Source: Camelus ferus
Taxonomy: Eukaryota
NCBI RefSeq assembly: GCF_009834535.1
Contig: NC_045696.1
Span: 51,028,001 to 51,092,000, forward strand
Direction of reading: 5' to 3'
Length of the DNA stretch: 64,000 nucleotides
Below are positions 35,701 through 49,769 of the stretch, in pieces; within the stretch, counting starts at the first letter, position 1; each line of letters begins with the position of its first letter. Made by a program: the position numbers and the translations under genes. A model generated the notes under the pieces. The model had not been told where the DNA came from. It did not search any database and saw only the letters and a program-made list of their open reading frames with translations.

Positions 35701-37339
35701 GGAAAAAAAGAAACTATTTGATAGAAGTTTCTTTGGACAATTTGAAATTCTCTACCCATTCATCTTTTTCATCAGTTGATGAATCAGCTTTCTTTCAGCA
35801 TACAATTTCAAAATTCTACTTTGCTGCCAATCATTGCCAGTTTCCCTAATATGGGGAAAATGTGAAGCCACCAGAAATAAATACTGGCATTTACTTAAGA
35901 TTAAACTCAGTCTAACTGTTCAGTGGCAAGTTGTGTTTTCTTCCCACCAGGAGCAAATTAGTGGTAAAGGTTAATTTAATTTGTGTCTTTAGATACAATG
36001 AAGAGAAAAACCTAATTTCTTATCATAAAATTTTTAAGTTGGAGTTCAAGTATCCTAAGTGAAAATATTTTATGGCACATTACTGTAACATTGTCCATGG
36101 GTTGAGGACAAATCTCTGTATTTAATTGTTTTGCTGCTGTTTAATGCATTCCTAAGTATTTTGCAATTATTTTATATGTTTAAAAAAATGGCTACATAGA
36201 TATGCAATTTTAAAATGTGTTTTATTTCTTCATATGAGATCTCTACTAAATCCTTAGTCCTCTCCAATCAAAATGACTTAGCCTCCTGAACTAGAACATG
36301 ATCCATGGAAATTATAACACAACTAAGTTTAAATTCCTGGTCTGGGTCACAGCCATTAAACCACTAGCCCATTTTATATTCTAACAAAAATGATCTCTAT
36401 TTATTTTAACTGCCTTGCTTTAACAGTTTTTCCTTGTAATAAAAGTAATATATACCTAGAAAACAAAACAAGGCATAAAGAAAAAAATTTAAACTATTTT
36501 CAATCACATCACTCAATAAGAACTCACAAGAATCCCTGCTAACATTTTTATGAGTTTCCTTATGGATATTTTTCTATACATATCCAATTTTTTACAAATA
36601 TTAGGCCATAAGCAATGTTCTGCTTTTTATGTAAGGTGGGCATTTCTCCATGTCATTAGATATTGAAAACTGTGATTACAGAATTTATGTTTAATATCTT
36701 AAATACAGTACTGTATCATCTTATTAGTGCTTTGAGGCATCTTTGCTCTCTGAATTTTGCTAGATGAGCTACTATTTGCATTTATCTTCTCCAGCATTTT
36801 AGGTTAATAACTCTCTACTGGGATGTTCTGTCACCTGGTCTACCTGGTTTAACTCATTAAATATTGAAATCTGGCATACTTGTATCATAGTGAAGAATAG
36901 CACAGGGGTGCTTTCCACACACAAAAGAATCCCTCCTCTATCTGTGTGGTTTCCGCAGCTGCTCTCCATCTCTGTGGGACATTGAGGAGCTGTCTGAGTA
37001 TGCTGTGTTGTCTTCTGTGTTGTGTAACTGCTCTCAGAGGTTCTAATTTCCCTTGCCATTAAGGAAATATGACATCCTTTAACAGTGTCCTTTGGCTCCT
37101 TCCGGTCAATCACAGCACCATCATGCTTGGTGCAGTCAGTCATGGAGGTTTCATATATGCCAACCTTGAGACACCATGACATATAAAAGAACATGAAATA
37201 ACAAAGACCTGCTTCCATTGTGAAGTTGAGTCAAACTACATCTCGAGAAAAAGAAATCAGCCAAAGGCATAGTAATTTGCTGAACACAGTTTACATTTTT
37301 TATTTTTAAGCTACACAAATGAACTGTTTGTAAAAAATA

Positions 37340-37545
37340 ATTATTTTATTGAGATATAATTGGCATATAACAGTTTCAGGTGTACAACATAATGATTTGC
37401 TATTTGTATATACAGCAAAATGTTTACCACAATAAGTCTAGTTAACATCCATCATGACACATAGTTACAATCTTTTTCTTGTGACAAGAACTTTTGATAT
37501 CTGCTGTCTAAGCAACTTTCAAATATTCAATACAGTATTATTTCA
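37340..37545 (-). mobile_element. LINE-1 3'UTR fragment (L1MA-like)
   Basis: ttttattgagatataattg...caggtgtacaacataatgattt...agcaactttcaaatat antisense L1 3' motifs. Confidence 0.75.
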
Positions 37546-38610
37546 GAACTCATTTCTGAAGAGTATAGAAATGCGTAAGTTAAATGGAAAAGTTACTGAG
37601 CTCTATAATCACACTCTTCAAGAATAACCACTGTAAACAGTTGGCATTTTTTAGACCTTTTCCTTGCTCTTGGCCATACAAACTACAAATTCTTCTGGCT
37701 CAGAAACTATATCATAATTTAAGTCAAAGAGAACTCCATGCTTTAAAGCTTTTTCATAAAAACTCAGTTGTAAAAACAATCCCTGCTCTTTGTAAAAATT
37801 TGAAACAATATAGATGTACATGAAGTACTAATGCCCCTCTGCTTTTAACAGTCTGGTGGTATCAACTGTAGATATTTTTCCTATGTATGTCCAAGCAATT
37901 ACTTATGTACATACTAGTAACTGTTATACTGAAAGAGCAGGACACATAAAATGCAAATAGTATAAAACACCTTCCAGTCCCAGTTCAAATCTCCCCTGTG
38001 GGGTGATCTTGCTCCTTGGATAAAGTTTAAGGCATATCCCATGACTTTACTGATCACAATTACATATTAAAAATCCTCTAGTCATTTCTTGTCACAAAAC
38101 AAACCATTGGGAATACATCAATACAGTTCCTTTAATGTGGGTAATGCCTCCCACCACCCAATCTCTTGCACTCTCTCCCCACCCTCCAACTTCTGCCTCT
38201 GTTCTTACAGCTCCAAGTTCTTTCTGCTGAGGAGCCCTTGCCCCTGTCAGAAAGTGCCCAGACCAGCCCCCTCCTGAAGGAATGTGGAGTCACATCTGGT
38301 CCACAGAAACACATACCTCTCCAATGCAACAACTCCTAGAAATTTACCAAAGTATATCCATGCATGTGCCAAAAGACATTTATTCAGGGATACACAAGCA
38401 GCAAAAGACAAGGAAAGGCTCATCAAAAGGAGACTGATTAAATATGTCATAGTATTATGTTGAACCACCTGAAATTGCTCAAATTTGTTATTTTCTGCCT
38501 CTAGAAACTGTAATTTCACATGGTTCAATCTAATAGCTTTATCCATACAAAGCAGTTATATGCACTGATAGTCAAATATATAAATTTATTTATTTATTAA
38601 TTCATTCATT

Positions 38611-38995
38611 TGTTATAGGCCGTTTTGTGCCTTCCCCAAATACACATGTTGAAGTCCTAACCCCCAATACTTCAGAATGTGACTGTATTTGAGAATGGGA
38701 TCTTTAAAGATGTAATTAAGTTAACATGGGGTCATTAGGGTAGGCTCAAATCCAATATGACTGGTGCTCTTATAAGAAAAGGAGATTAGAACATAGACCA
38801 AACAGACATAGAGACAACCACATGAAGACACAGCGGGAAAGCAACCATCTAAAAGCCAAGAAGCAGCTTCAGAAGAAACTAAACCTGCTGACACCTTGAT
38901 CTTAGACTGAGCCTCCAGAACTGTAAGAAAATTAATTTTTCTGTTTAAGCCATCCAGTCTGTGTATTTTGTTACAGCAGCCCTAGTAAACACATA
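38611..38995 (+). mobile_element. MLT1B-like MaLR solo LTR
   Basis: tgttgaagtcctaaccccc...cagaatgtgactgtattt...gacaccttgatcttagac...gcagcccta. Confidence 0.85.
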
Positions 38996-39230
38996 TAAAC
39001 ATATATATATATATATTTACACACACACACACACACATATGTACAGTACTATGTAGGCAATATATTACAAGTTTACTTATAACATACATACATACACACA
39101 CATGAATATATGTAATATATACCTGTAACATATATATACACATACACACATATATATATTCATATACACATACATATTCATATACATATGTGTGTATGTG
39201 TATATATGTTACAAGTAAACTTGTAATATA
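38990..39230. repeat. (TA)n/(CA)n compound microsatellite containing an inverted repeat
   Basis: Read directly from the sequence. Confidence 0.9.
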
Positions 39231-39573
39231 ATACTTATCCTTTGGGATGGGGAGAACATGTTAATAAATGCACAGAATTTCTCTGGAAGGATTGCCCTTC
39301 AGGAGGGGAACTGGGGAATAGGGTACAAGGGAGACCTACTGTATATCCTCATATGCAATTTTAATTTTGCCACATGTACACATTATGAATTAATCTTTGT
39401 CTTTCTAATAAATGCATTTAAGACTGTATTTCCTCAAGGTACAAGTTGGTCCACAGCCCATAGATTTTGATATGTAATATTTTCAATAGTTATTAATTTC
39501 TAAATAGTATACAGTTTTAGTTACATTTTACAATCATTTTTATATTTTTCAATTTTTTTAAACTTTATTATAA

Positions 39574-39657
39574 TTGGGGGGTAATTAGGTTTATTTATTT
39601 ATTTAACTTTTAACAGAGGTACTGGGAATTGAACCTAGAACCTCATGCATGCTAAGT
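39574..39657 (-). mobile_element. 5'-truncated Vic-1-like SINE
   Basis: ggggggtaattaggtttattt...gaggtactgggaattgaacctagaacctcatgcatgctaag. Confidence 0.8.
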
Positions 39658-42117
39658 AAATCATTTTTAAATGCTATACTGAAAAACAAATAGTAAACAT
39701 TACTCCTAACCCTGTCCTTTTTTTGGAGGAGGAAAATTAAAGTCTCCATTACCACCTATTCAGTTCCACCCTTTCCAGTTGCTAGTCAATTTGACACCAA
39801 ATTTCTTTCTTTCTACAAAGTTATTTACATGTACATATAATTACTTGCACATAAATTTATAAAAATGGAGCCATGCTCTATGTCACTCTGAAATATGCTT
39901 AGTTTTTACTTAGAAATACATTATGGACATCTTTTCAGGTAAGTACATATCAATTTAACTTATTCTTTTTAATACCTGCATAGCATTATGCAGCATGGAT
40001 GAGCCATAATTTATTTGTTTCCCATTGATGAATACCCCTTTTACCCCTCTTCCTTTTTTTATTTCTGAGACTTTTTGCTTGTTTTGCTATTAAAAACAAT
40101 GCTGACAAAAAAGGGCTGCAATCAACATCTCTCTTTTTTTTTCCAGTTGAAAGCAACAAAAAATATCTTATTGCTTAACTTTCACCTCCATGATGACTGG
40201 TGAGGCTGAATACCCTTTCACATGTTATGAATCATTTATATTTCTTTTTCTGTTGTCTTTATTATCTTGACTTTTTCTTTCTTATAATTTCAACTTTTAT
40301 ATCCTCTTCAAACTGAGTTAAAGTAAAAAGTTTTCCTAGTATCATAGCAGTTTTATTTCTTCTTTTTTGGTTCCCTTTTTTTGTTAATTGTGTGCATGTG
40401 TGTGTGTGAACTGTTTCCTTGCAACATGACTGGCAATAAATAATTTTCAATTTTCAGAATTTGAGATTTTCTTTGTAGCCCTCTTACATGATATATTTTT
40501 GTTAAGTGTTATATGAGTATTTAAGAAGAGTGTATTTTTAGCTCCTTAGGTATAAAGTTTTATCAACTATTTTTAAAAGTTTGTTGTCTGGAATTAAACT
40601 TTGAAAACAAATTACTATGCATTTTCTTCCATTCAACATTTGCCTGGAGTGTGTATGTGTGTATTTTATTTTTAACCTTTCTGCATTATTTTGTTTATAT
40701 TTGTCAAAAATAACACATATCTGGAGATTTGTTTTTACACAATTTAAAAGCTTTGTTTTTAAAAATGAGAATGTATTACAGTCACATTTATTTTAACTAT
40801 TGCTATATTTGGTCATACTTTGCTCTTTCTCTCTTCCCTCCTCCACTGTTTTTACTTTTCCTTGGCTGATTTTTTGTTTCTCTCTATTTTCCTCAGAGTC
40901 TTTTTCCTCTTATATCTACTCTATTCATAAATAACCTTAACAATTTTAAGAAACACAGTGAAGTGGACATTTGTTCGATATCTTCTCCTGTCCACCTCAT
41001 GAAGTTCCCCTCCCCAGCACAGCCCCTGTGCTTCAGTAAATGGGCCCTAGTAGGTCTTGGCAAATGATTTTTTTCTGACCACAGTGATTGGTCTCAGACT
41101 GGTCCAGTTAAAGCAAAGCTCAGGACTTTTCTTTGACAATGTGGGTTCCCAATTTAAAGAGAGAGCATGTAACTCCAAATACTTAACTTGCAGGCATCTT
41201 GCAAAAGAGGGAAGTCAGTCTGAGGATAAAACTGACACATAAAGAAAAGCAAAGCTGACAGGACAATGCTAAGAGAATAGGAATCACATTCCAGTAACTT
41301 AAAATATAGTAATATTAAATTTAAATATATTTTTTTCAATTAAAAACAGTATCTATGGTCTCCTCCTCTACAACTACAGAAGCTGAACATACTCTAATTC
41401 TTACCACCAACTGTCCACCATCCCCCTCTGCCTGGGATTCACTGAAATTGTGCAGAATTTTAGCTCTGGGGTGTTAGTTCTCCTCCTAGATACATATTTC
41501 ATGTCCAACAGCTCATAATTTTCTTCTTTGTTCTTTTGTACCACATTTTGGAAGAACTCCTTGGCCTGATCTTCTAGCTCATAATTAGTCATCTATGACA
41601 ACCATGCTGCCTGCTATTGAAGTTTTCATTTCAGAAAATATGTTTTCAATTTCTAAAAACCTTCTTATTCTTGTTTCTTTTTAATAGCACTCCATTGCTA
41701 TTTTATGGAAATTATATTCTCTAAAATCTTTGAGGATATTTTTGAAGATCAAATATTATCTTTTATGTATTACATTGAATTTGTTTCCTCAAAGATCAAT
41801 TTCTCTATGTGTTCAGCTTGGTGTCCCTCTTTCATCCTGCTGATTTTCCTGAAATATTTAGCAGGTCTCGGTTAGCCAAACTGGTAGCGAAAGTTGGTTT
41901 TCCCAGCACAGTGATTCTCAAGTCTGGATATGCTGTAGAAGTCACCTTTCTAAAAAAAGCTCCGTGATTTTAATGTGCATCCACCACTAAGAACCACTGC
42001 TTTAACATATGTGAATATCACTCTTATCTAGTAGCTTAGCCCGTTAAGAAAACATTGCAATTAGCTGTTTTAATTAGTCCTAGTACAGCTGTTCTGAAGT
42101 CCAGCTGTTTCGATCAC

Positions 42118-42475
42118 TGTTACCATCTGAATGCATCCCCTTCAAAATTCATATGTTGAAATCCTAATCCCTAAGGTGATGGTCTAAGGAAGTGGGACCT
42201 TTGGGAGATGATTAAGTCATGAGGGCAGAACTCGCATGAATGGGATTGGTGCCCTTATAAAAGAAGGCCCGGAGCGCTTGCTTGCCCCTTGCACCACATG
42301 AGGATGCAGCAAGAAAACAGGCAGTCTGCCACTCGGAAGAAGCCTTCACCAGAACCCAGCAGTGCTGGCACCCTGATCGGGACTTCTGGCCTCCAGAACT
42401 GTGAGAAATAAGTTTCCGCTGTGCCACCCAGTCTATGGTACTTTGTTATAGCAACCAAAATGGATAGCTGAGATA
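42118..42475 (+). mobile_element. MLT1A-like MaLR solo LTR
   Basis: aaattcatatgttgaaatcctaatccc...ggcctccagaactgtgagaaataa...gttatagca. Confidence 0.85.
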
Positions 42476-43424
42476 ACCAACTCAACTTTCAGTCTCTGAG
42501 CTTTAGGGTCTTCTGGAATTGTGTTGAGAAAACTCACCTTTTTAGTGTTTCCCCTGTACTGGGTTGCAGATTTCTCCATATTGTAAGGTTTTCCATCAAC
42601 CTGATCCTTAATGCTTTTCATTTTTCATAAAGCCCTCAATGTTTCAGATCTTTAGATGATATCTTTCCCAGCTTTTCAAACTAACAAGGATGTGTCCTTA
42701 CTCTCCCATTTTTAAATTCTTTTTGTTACTGAACTAGATTTTTTTCATTATACAAATTAAACATCCTTATATTACTTACATTATTCTGAAGGATTTAAGT
42801 TGTAAAAGAAGTAGTCTTCCCCTATCAACTGTCCTCCTCAAACTTCCTAACACTACTCAAGTGGTCACAGCTATGTTCCTGTTCTTCCCTTTCCACACTC
42901 TAGTCCTTGGAAGCGAGTATTAAGTCTAGCCCACGCTCAAGGAGAGGGGCATTAATCTCCAACTCTTGGAGAAAGGAATATCTAAATACACATTTTCTAG
43001 AATTCTTCTGCAAAGAAGATTTGTCTCCTCTCCTCCATTTATTTATTTAGTCACTTATATCATTATGGACTCACAATATTTATTTTATTCTTTTTAATGC
43101 TGTATTTATTATTCAAATTATTCAAGCTTTGGCCATTGGGTACTCTGGTGTCCTTTTCACATGCCCCTCACCTTCCCCCACCCCTGCTTTTTAGTACTTC
43201 CTTACTTTTTGGCACTGCAAGATGCTCCAGACTCGTCTTGTGATATATATATATTCTATTGGTTCTGTTTCTCTGGAAAACCATGACTAATATCATGAGT
43301 AATCAATGAGTATGTTGATGAAGGAATGAGTCTAACAGGGGCAAAGTAAAGAAATTTTACTGTTATCAGTAATACAGACCCTCTCAAGGCCCCCCATATT
43401 CTTTACTTCACATGAATGAATGAA

Positions 43425-43660
43425 TGGTAGAGTGGTATGGGACTAGCCTTAGATATCAGACCAAGGATCAAATCTCAAAGTTGACATTTACTAGCTATTT
43501 GGTTTTAAAATAAGTATTCCTTGAAGTCTTAGCATCCTCACATTTAAAATTGGGAGATGATCACGAACCCCTCAAAGAACTGTTACGAGTTTACATGATA
43601 ATACATTTAATGGGTCAAAGTTTCTGGTACATAGCAAGAGCTCAATACATGCTTGCTGCC
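43425..43660 (+). mobile_element. MIR SINE
   Basis: tttactagctat...catcctcacatttaaaattggg...ggtacatagcaagagctcaata. Confidence 0.65.
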
Positions 43661-45427
43661 TTTCTTCCATTTCACCCCTCCTCCTCCCCCAATTCACTGG
43701 GAAGATGAAGGTCATCTGGTTCGAGTTCCTTAACTGGATCCTACATGTACCATAACAGACCTCTGTCTATACATCTATCCTTTCAGCTTAGCAGAACATC
43801 CTAAAGCTAACTCCATCATCTGTAGACAGGGATTCTATTCTTGATCTTTTCCTCTTTAGCACTTTATTTCCTCCTTAACTATTCCTCTCTTGCTTCCAAA
43901 ACACAAAGAGTTTCCTCATATTGAACAAGAATTTACTGCCTTTTCTGTCAATCATTCTGTTTCTCTCCTCCTGTTCCTGTGAAACTTCTCACCTTTCCTT
44001 CACTGGCCAATCCCTCCTAAACCCATGGCAGTATGCCTTTCGATCGCTCCTGTCAGCTGAAAATGCTTTCTTAGAGATTGGGGACTAGTTTTCACCAGAC
44101 CAGAGGTCTTTTCTCTGTCTTCCTTCTCCTCTCTGCAGGATGTGAGGCTGCTAATCTCTCCCTTTTCTTGAAATTCTCTCTCCCAGGCTGTCTTCCTCTC
44201 CTCCAATTGTGCATCATCTTTCTCTAACAGGAATCCTTGTCTTTCTCTCACTTTGACTTCCAAGGCTGAATGCTTTTTTTCTATTTGCTTTCTCCTTACA
44301 AAGTTTCAAGTTGTTTCTGTGTAAGGGCTGTTTATGTTTTTACAATAAAGCTATCTTTCAACACTGCTCTTGTTCCAAATCCCTGGTTAGGCAAAGCTCT
44401 TTTCAGAATCATTCATTTCCAAACCAATGAACAAGTCTGTCTGCAACATGTTAAATGGCCTTGAGTCTTAAGAGACCTGCTTCCAATTTCTCCAATTTAT
44501 CATTGACACCAAAACTTTAATCTGGCTCTAAACCCCAAAATAATCTTCAGCTCTTCTCACCGAATCCTATCAATTTTTTTCCCCACAATGTTCATCTCCT
44601 CATGTTTGTTACTACCCCCTTAGATGAGTCCCCATTTTACACAAGTCTGGCTCTTAACAGTCTTTTGCTCCAGTCTTTTCCCTATCCTTCAATGGTTCTG
44701 CACTCCAGTATCTCAGTAACCCTTCTGTTGCACGGTATCCCATCAAGTGCTTCTCCTGCTCCAGAATCGACAGTACCATTTCCCAAGATCTACTGTATCA
44801 AATCCAGACTCCTGGATCCTAGCTCTCATGACTCTGCCTGACTCTACCTTTGTCACTGACCGGCCTCACTCATCCACTTCCCCCTAGGACAGCACGCATA
44901 GGAGCAGGGCTAAATAGCAAATCATGTCATCTACTCTTCCTTCCTCTCTCTCTGATTCAGAAAGACTCTTCCCTGTGCTTCTTATCAGCTAGTGTATTTC
45001 TTGCTAAGTCTGTGTATTTTCCCCCTGAAATAATCTTTCCACTTTGCTCTGCTTATCTAAATCCTATTAAACTCTTCAAAGCCAAGTGCAAGTCTGTCCT
45101 CCTCTAGGAAACCTTCCCTAATATTTCCAGCTAACACCTTCTACCTTCGTTCTGGAATCTATCACTCCAACTTCTTAGCCATCTTGTTACAAAAAACATA
45201 TTGTTTCTCTCACATATTATTAACCTCTCCTTCCCTATTAGTGCTTTTACATTAAAATATATTATTCCTTTTTTCCATTTAAAAGACCCAGAATTTTTTT
45301 CTTTCTTTTTCTGACCTTGCCACAGCTCCTTAGGTGTTCCCATTCTTTTCTCCCTCCCTACCGTCAGGCTCCTTGAACAGGTAATTTATACCCACTGCCC
45401 TTTCTTTCTCACTTCCATTCACTCTTG

Positions 45428-45460
45428 CACATGCTCTACCACTGAGCTATACCCTCCCCC
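45428..45460 (-). mobile_element. 5' fragment of a Vic-1-like SINE
   Basis: atgctctaccactgagctataccctccccc is the reverse complement of the SINE head. Confidence 0.65.
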
Positions 45461-46299
45461 ACCCCTTCACTCTTCAACTCCCTGTTACCTGGTTTTTATT
45501 CCTAAAACTGCTTACATCAAGCTCACCAAAAGATCTCCACCCTGCCAGATCCCATGAACTCTGTAGGAAATACCTTATTTGGGGGCTTCTGGCAGCAATA
45601 CCTCGCTTTTCCTTTGGTGAGCTTCTCTGCCTCACTCCTGGGGTCTGACAGGACCATCAAACATGGGCTCACCTCTGAGGTGGGCACAGGGCTGACCCTA
45701 AGACCGTGCACAAGGAGGAAAACTGTCTGAGGCCAAGTTAGCCCCACAGATCATGTGACCCTAGAAGCTGCTTTCTGTGGTCTTCCCAAGGCTTTATCAT
45801 TCATTCTACGTTTCTTCACTTCTGTGAGTTTACCCAGGACCTACCCATCAACTGCCATCTGCTTACATTAGTCAAAGGCAATTTCTGTTGCTCATAACCA
45901 AAGCAAAATGGGTCCTGCAAGTGGAGTAGAGGTAGAAGTGGTACCTCTCATGGTTACATTACAAATTTCTTCTCCCTGTCCCCTTCACTATGGCTTCTGC
46001 TGCTTAAGAAACTACATTAGCTAAGGGGAGAATGCTTTTGCCAAGGGATCCTACAATGACTTCATTAATTTGGAGGGAACAATGTCTGGGGCTCTTCGTG
46101 CAGCCAGGCAACAGATAAAAGGGAAGTTACAAGGACCAGAGATGGGAGTTGGGAGAACCCTGGGGCACCTCTTTTTCCTAAATAGCACTACAGTTATTTA
46201 CTACTGCTACACTACATAGACAAGACCTGCAAGGGCTCAGACCTCTCAGGAATAAAAGTTTGCAAACCACATGTGTCTGACTCTAAAGTCTACGCATAC

Positions 46300-46650
46300 C
46301 ACTCTCTACTGATGTCAATCCACCTGCAGCTCCTTAATCAAGACATGCCATCTCTCATGGCCATACCTTTGTACCTGTTACTCCATTTGGAATGCTCATA
46401 TCAACCTTCTTACTGGGAACTTCTACTTATCCTCTTTGAAACCTTCTCTGATCCTTGGAAGTTAGTCCCAAACATCCTGACATAATACATACTCCACCGT
46501 GTCTTAACATGAAATACACTCTATATGCTTATTAGCTTCTCCCACTAGCCTGTAAGGTTCTAAATGGTAGAAGCTACATCTTCCAAATTTCTATCCTCAA
46601 CAATTAGTACTGAGTATGGGGGTAATAAATGTCTATTGAAAGAATATCTG
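46300..46650 (+). mobile_element. L2 LINE 3' end
   Basis: tctcccactagcctgtaaggttc...aataaatgtctattgaaagaat, a typical L2 tail. Confidence 0.55.
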
Positions 46651-49600
46651 ATCTACCTTAATTTCCAATGTTATTAATCATTGCATCATCAATTTTGAGT
46701 ACTTATGTTTAAATTAGTTAATGAATAATGTATTTAATCCTTTAATTGTTTGATATGATGTTCTCCAATTCTCCTAATAAGTCTAAAAACTTTTAAGACC
46801 TTAGTTCACACCATTTACTACTTTCATATTCTCTTTAGCACCTAAGAGTAATGGGCACATGGTAAATATTCAATAAATTCTTGATGAACTGAATTAAAAA
46901 CACAGTATTAGCACATTAATGGGAGCAACTTATCATGCCCTACTGATCTAAGTAAAAGATCTGGCCTTCTGAAGTAGTGCAATTGTACCAATACGGAAAA
47001 TTTAATGAGAAAAAGAAAAATTATCCAATTGGACAGTTAACAGCTTTTCTCTTAGAGTTCCACAAATATTTTATGGATAACTAGAGTCAACTTCTAGAGC
47101 TCAGAGTAAAAGACTCAAGGTATATATCTCCATGCATACTGGCAGGAAGATTACATGTTTAAGGGGTCTATCACAATCATAATTACTTAAATTCCACTAA
47201 TCCTTAACAAGTCCATAATAGGGGTATAGGACAAAGAATTTAATAGCAAAAGCAATTAATGCCAAATCAACCTATGCTAAAGATGTATATGGCCATTCTT
47301 GCATAATTTATAACAAAACAGACATTTACCCATTCAACATTTTTGCAGTGACTACTAATGACAACTGCTATATTAGGTCCCAGAAATACAAAGATGAAGA
47401 AAACACAGTTCCTATGTTGGTGGGGTTCTAGCTCCACCATGTTGCAATGGTGTTTAAGAGTACAATTAAATGGTACCTCCTGGAGTTGCTCAAACATGGA
47501 TGATCTGGGTAGCAGCCTGGTGGAGAAGGTGGATAAACACATACTTAAAGGCAATGTGTGTTAACAGAGAAATAAGTACAAGCTGTTATGGGCCACTGAA
47601 GAGAAAACAATTAACCTACTGGAGAAATCAGGAAAAGATATGGAAGAAACTGACATCCATACAAGAATTCAATGTGAATTAAGGTATGAGGAAGCTACCC
47701 AGACAGAAACATCTGGGATGGACTCTAACCTGAAACTACAGTTGCAGGCAGAATTGGAGGGTTTCAAAGCAAACCAATCCAATTGAAAGCAAATTGCTGC
47801 AGAAGAGCAAAAAATAAAATACTCTTGGCCATTAAGTTTGAGAATGAAACACATATCCAAAAGAAGTTAAACTACCACATGTTGTAAGCATAAAGGGAGT
47901 CTGTTAAACAGTATATAGAATGAAAGTTCAAAGGAAGCCAATCACTAAGAGAGAGAGCTGTCCAGGAAAACCTTAATTAGAGCAGAATTGGAAATACTAC
48001 TGATGGGGAGAGGAAGTACAGGGAGGGGCATCCACATGCCTAGGAAGACAAATGTCATTAGCAAAAGCAGGAACCTGAACTGCCTATGTGTGGGACCACA
48101 GGGAGGTTCATGTTGGGAAGCAGGTGGGGGGTAAGTTGGACACGTGAGTGAAGGCCTAATTTAGAAGAGCCTGGAACACAAGCGTGGTAGATTGGACATT
48201 ATTCTAGACACACAGCAAGTAGTTCTCAACACTGACTGCTGAGTAAAAACACCTAGGGAGCTTTAAAAAGTACACCTATGGCTGAGGTCACCCCATATCA
48301 AAAGAGAATCTCTGGGGGGAGCAGCCTGGGCATTAACATGTAAAAGCACTAAGATGATTCTACCGAACAGCTGAACAGTGAACAGTCGGGATGGAGACTC
48401 ACGGGGTTAAGAAGACAGAAAGGGAAGGCATGGCAGATATCGTTAAGACTAAAACTTGATAAACCCTGTTTATAAGCAACAGTTTTGAGCTGACTGCCTA
48501 TTGAAGCTTATCTTCTAACCTGAGTTAAACATTCTGTTTTCTTAGTGTTTCTTTTCCTTTGTTGACAATGCCAAACTCTGAAAATAGGAAAACAGCCCAT
48601 TAATTTCTCTTGTGTGACTGTTTCACCATACAGCTCACAACTTCAGAATTTTATTCCATGATGTCCCACAAACAACTAACATAAAAAGCAATTATTTCAA
48701 TCCTATGCTGCCCTTATATCTCTGCAATGAGGTGCTTTTATTGTAAGGAATGTTCTAGGCTGCATTCACGTTTGGATTTTATAAAACTTCTCTTTTAAAT
48801 AAGAGAGCATGTAATACCTATGTGTATAAAATTGCTTGTACTAGAGCAAAATGTAAGATTAAGTAGTCATTCTTTACACTCTTCCTGCGATAGGATTCTG
48901 TTCCTAGTTTCAGATGATTACAAAGTATTTTGCTTATTTTGTAACAAATTATCAAATACTTTTGCAGTACTTCACAAATAAAGGGAAACAACAAATGTAT
49001 CCCATACAGTAACTCTGTACTACATCAAAGTGTCCTGTGTAGGAGGAAAAAGTCATCAAGGTGATTATAAAGTTTGACAGCCTGTTGATCCTTCTAAAAG
49101 CAGGTTTGCTTGTCTGCTTGTTTTTTTTTGTTTTGTTTTGTTTTTTACGAAAAAGCAAGGTACAAAATATGCTTCAGAATCCATGTTACTCACGGAAGGG
49201 TTTATTCAAGAAATATGCATTTTGTTTATAAGTAAGCAACTGTCTTTGTTATGCAAACTTCAGTTAGCCACAACTGTCTTGTTTTGTGTGGCGTTAAGTC
49301 AACATATCTACTTAATAGTAAAAATGGCAGGAGAACATAAGTTGGAAGTCTATAGCTGGGATCCCACGTGTAGGTTTATTCCCAGATAAAGTTAATAAAT
49401 TCGAAGGACCGTATCTCAGTGTGTAACCATAGTGAGGGGGAGTGGGGAAGAGGAAAAGGGGGCAATGAGTATAGGAGAACTCAACAATCACAGTGTTAAA
49501 CAGGAGTCCAAAAATATTTCCTCATAAACATGGAACTAGATTTCAAGAGTTGGCCATTCGCTTGTACCGCTCCTATTCAGTAAGGAAAAGAAAGGCTTCT

Positions 49601-49769
49601 AAAAAGAAGACGAAAGCCTAACTCTCCGACATAGGTGTTAGAGTTAAAAAGCAAGTCACTGGAGTCTGACCAGTGGGTCCGAAGGAAATTCGGAGGGCAA
49701 GGAAAGAAGAGGAGATGAAGGAGACAGGAAAAGGTGAAGGTGGCGGGCAAAGGCCATCCGGTGTGAACC

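Noticed and set aside
36799..37218. 139-aa minus-strand ORF in intron 1
   Set aside because: No family I recognise, and no poly-A/TSD or clear exon context; a BLASTX or PhyloCSF check would be needed to revive it.
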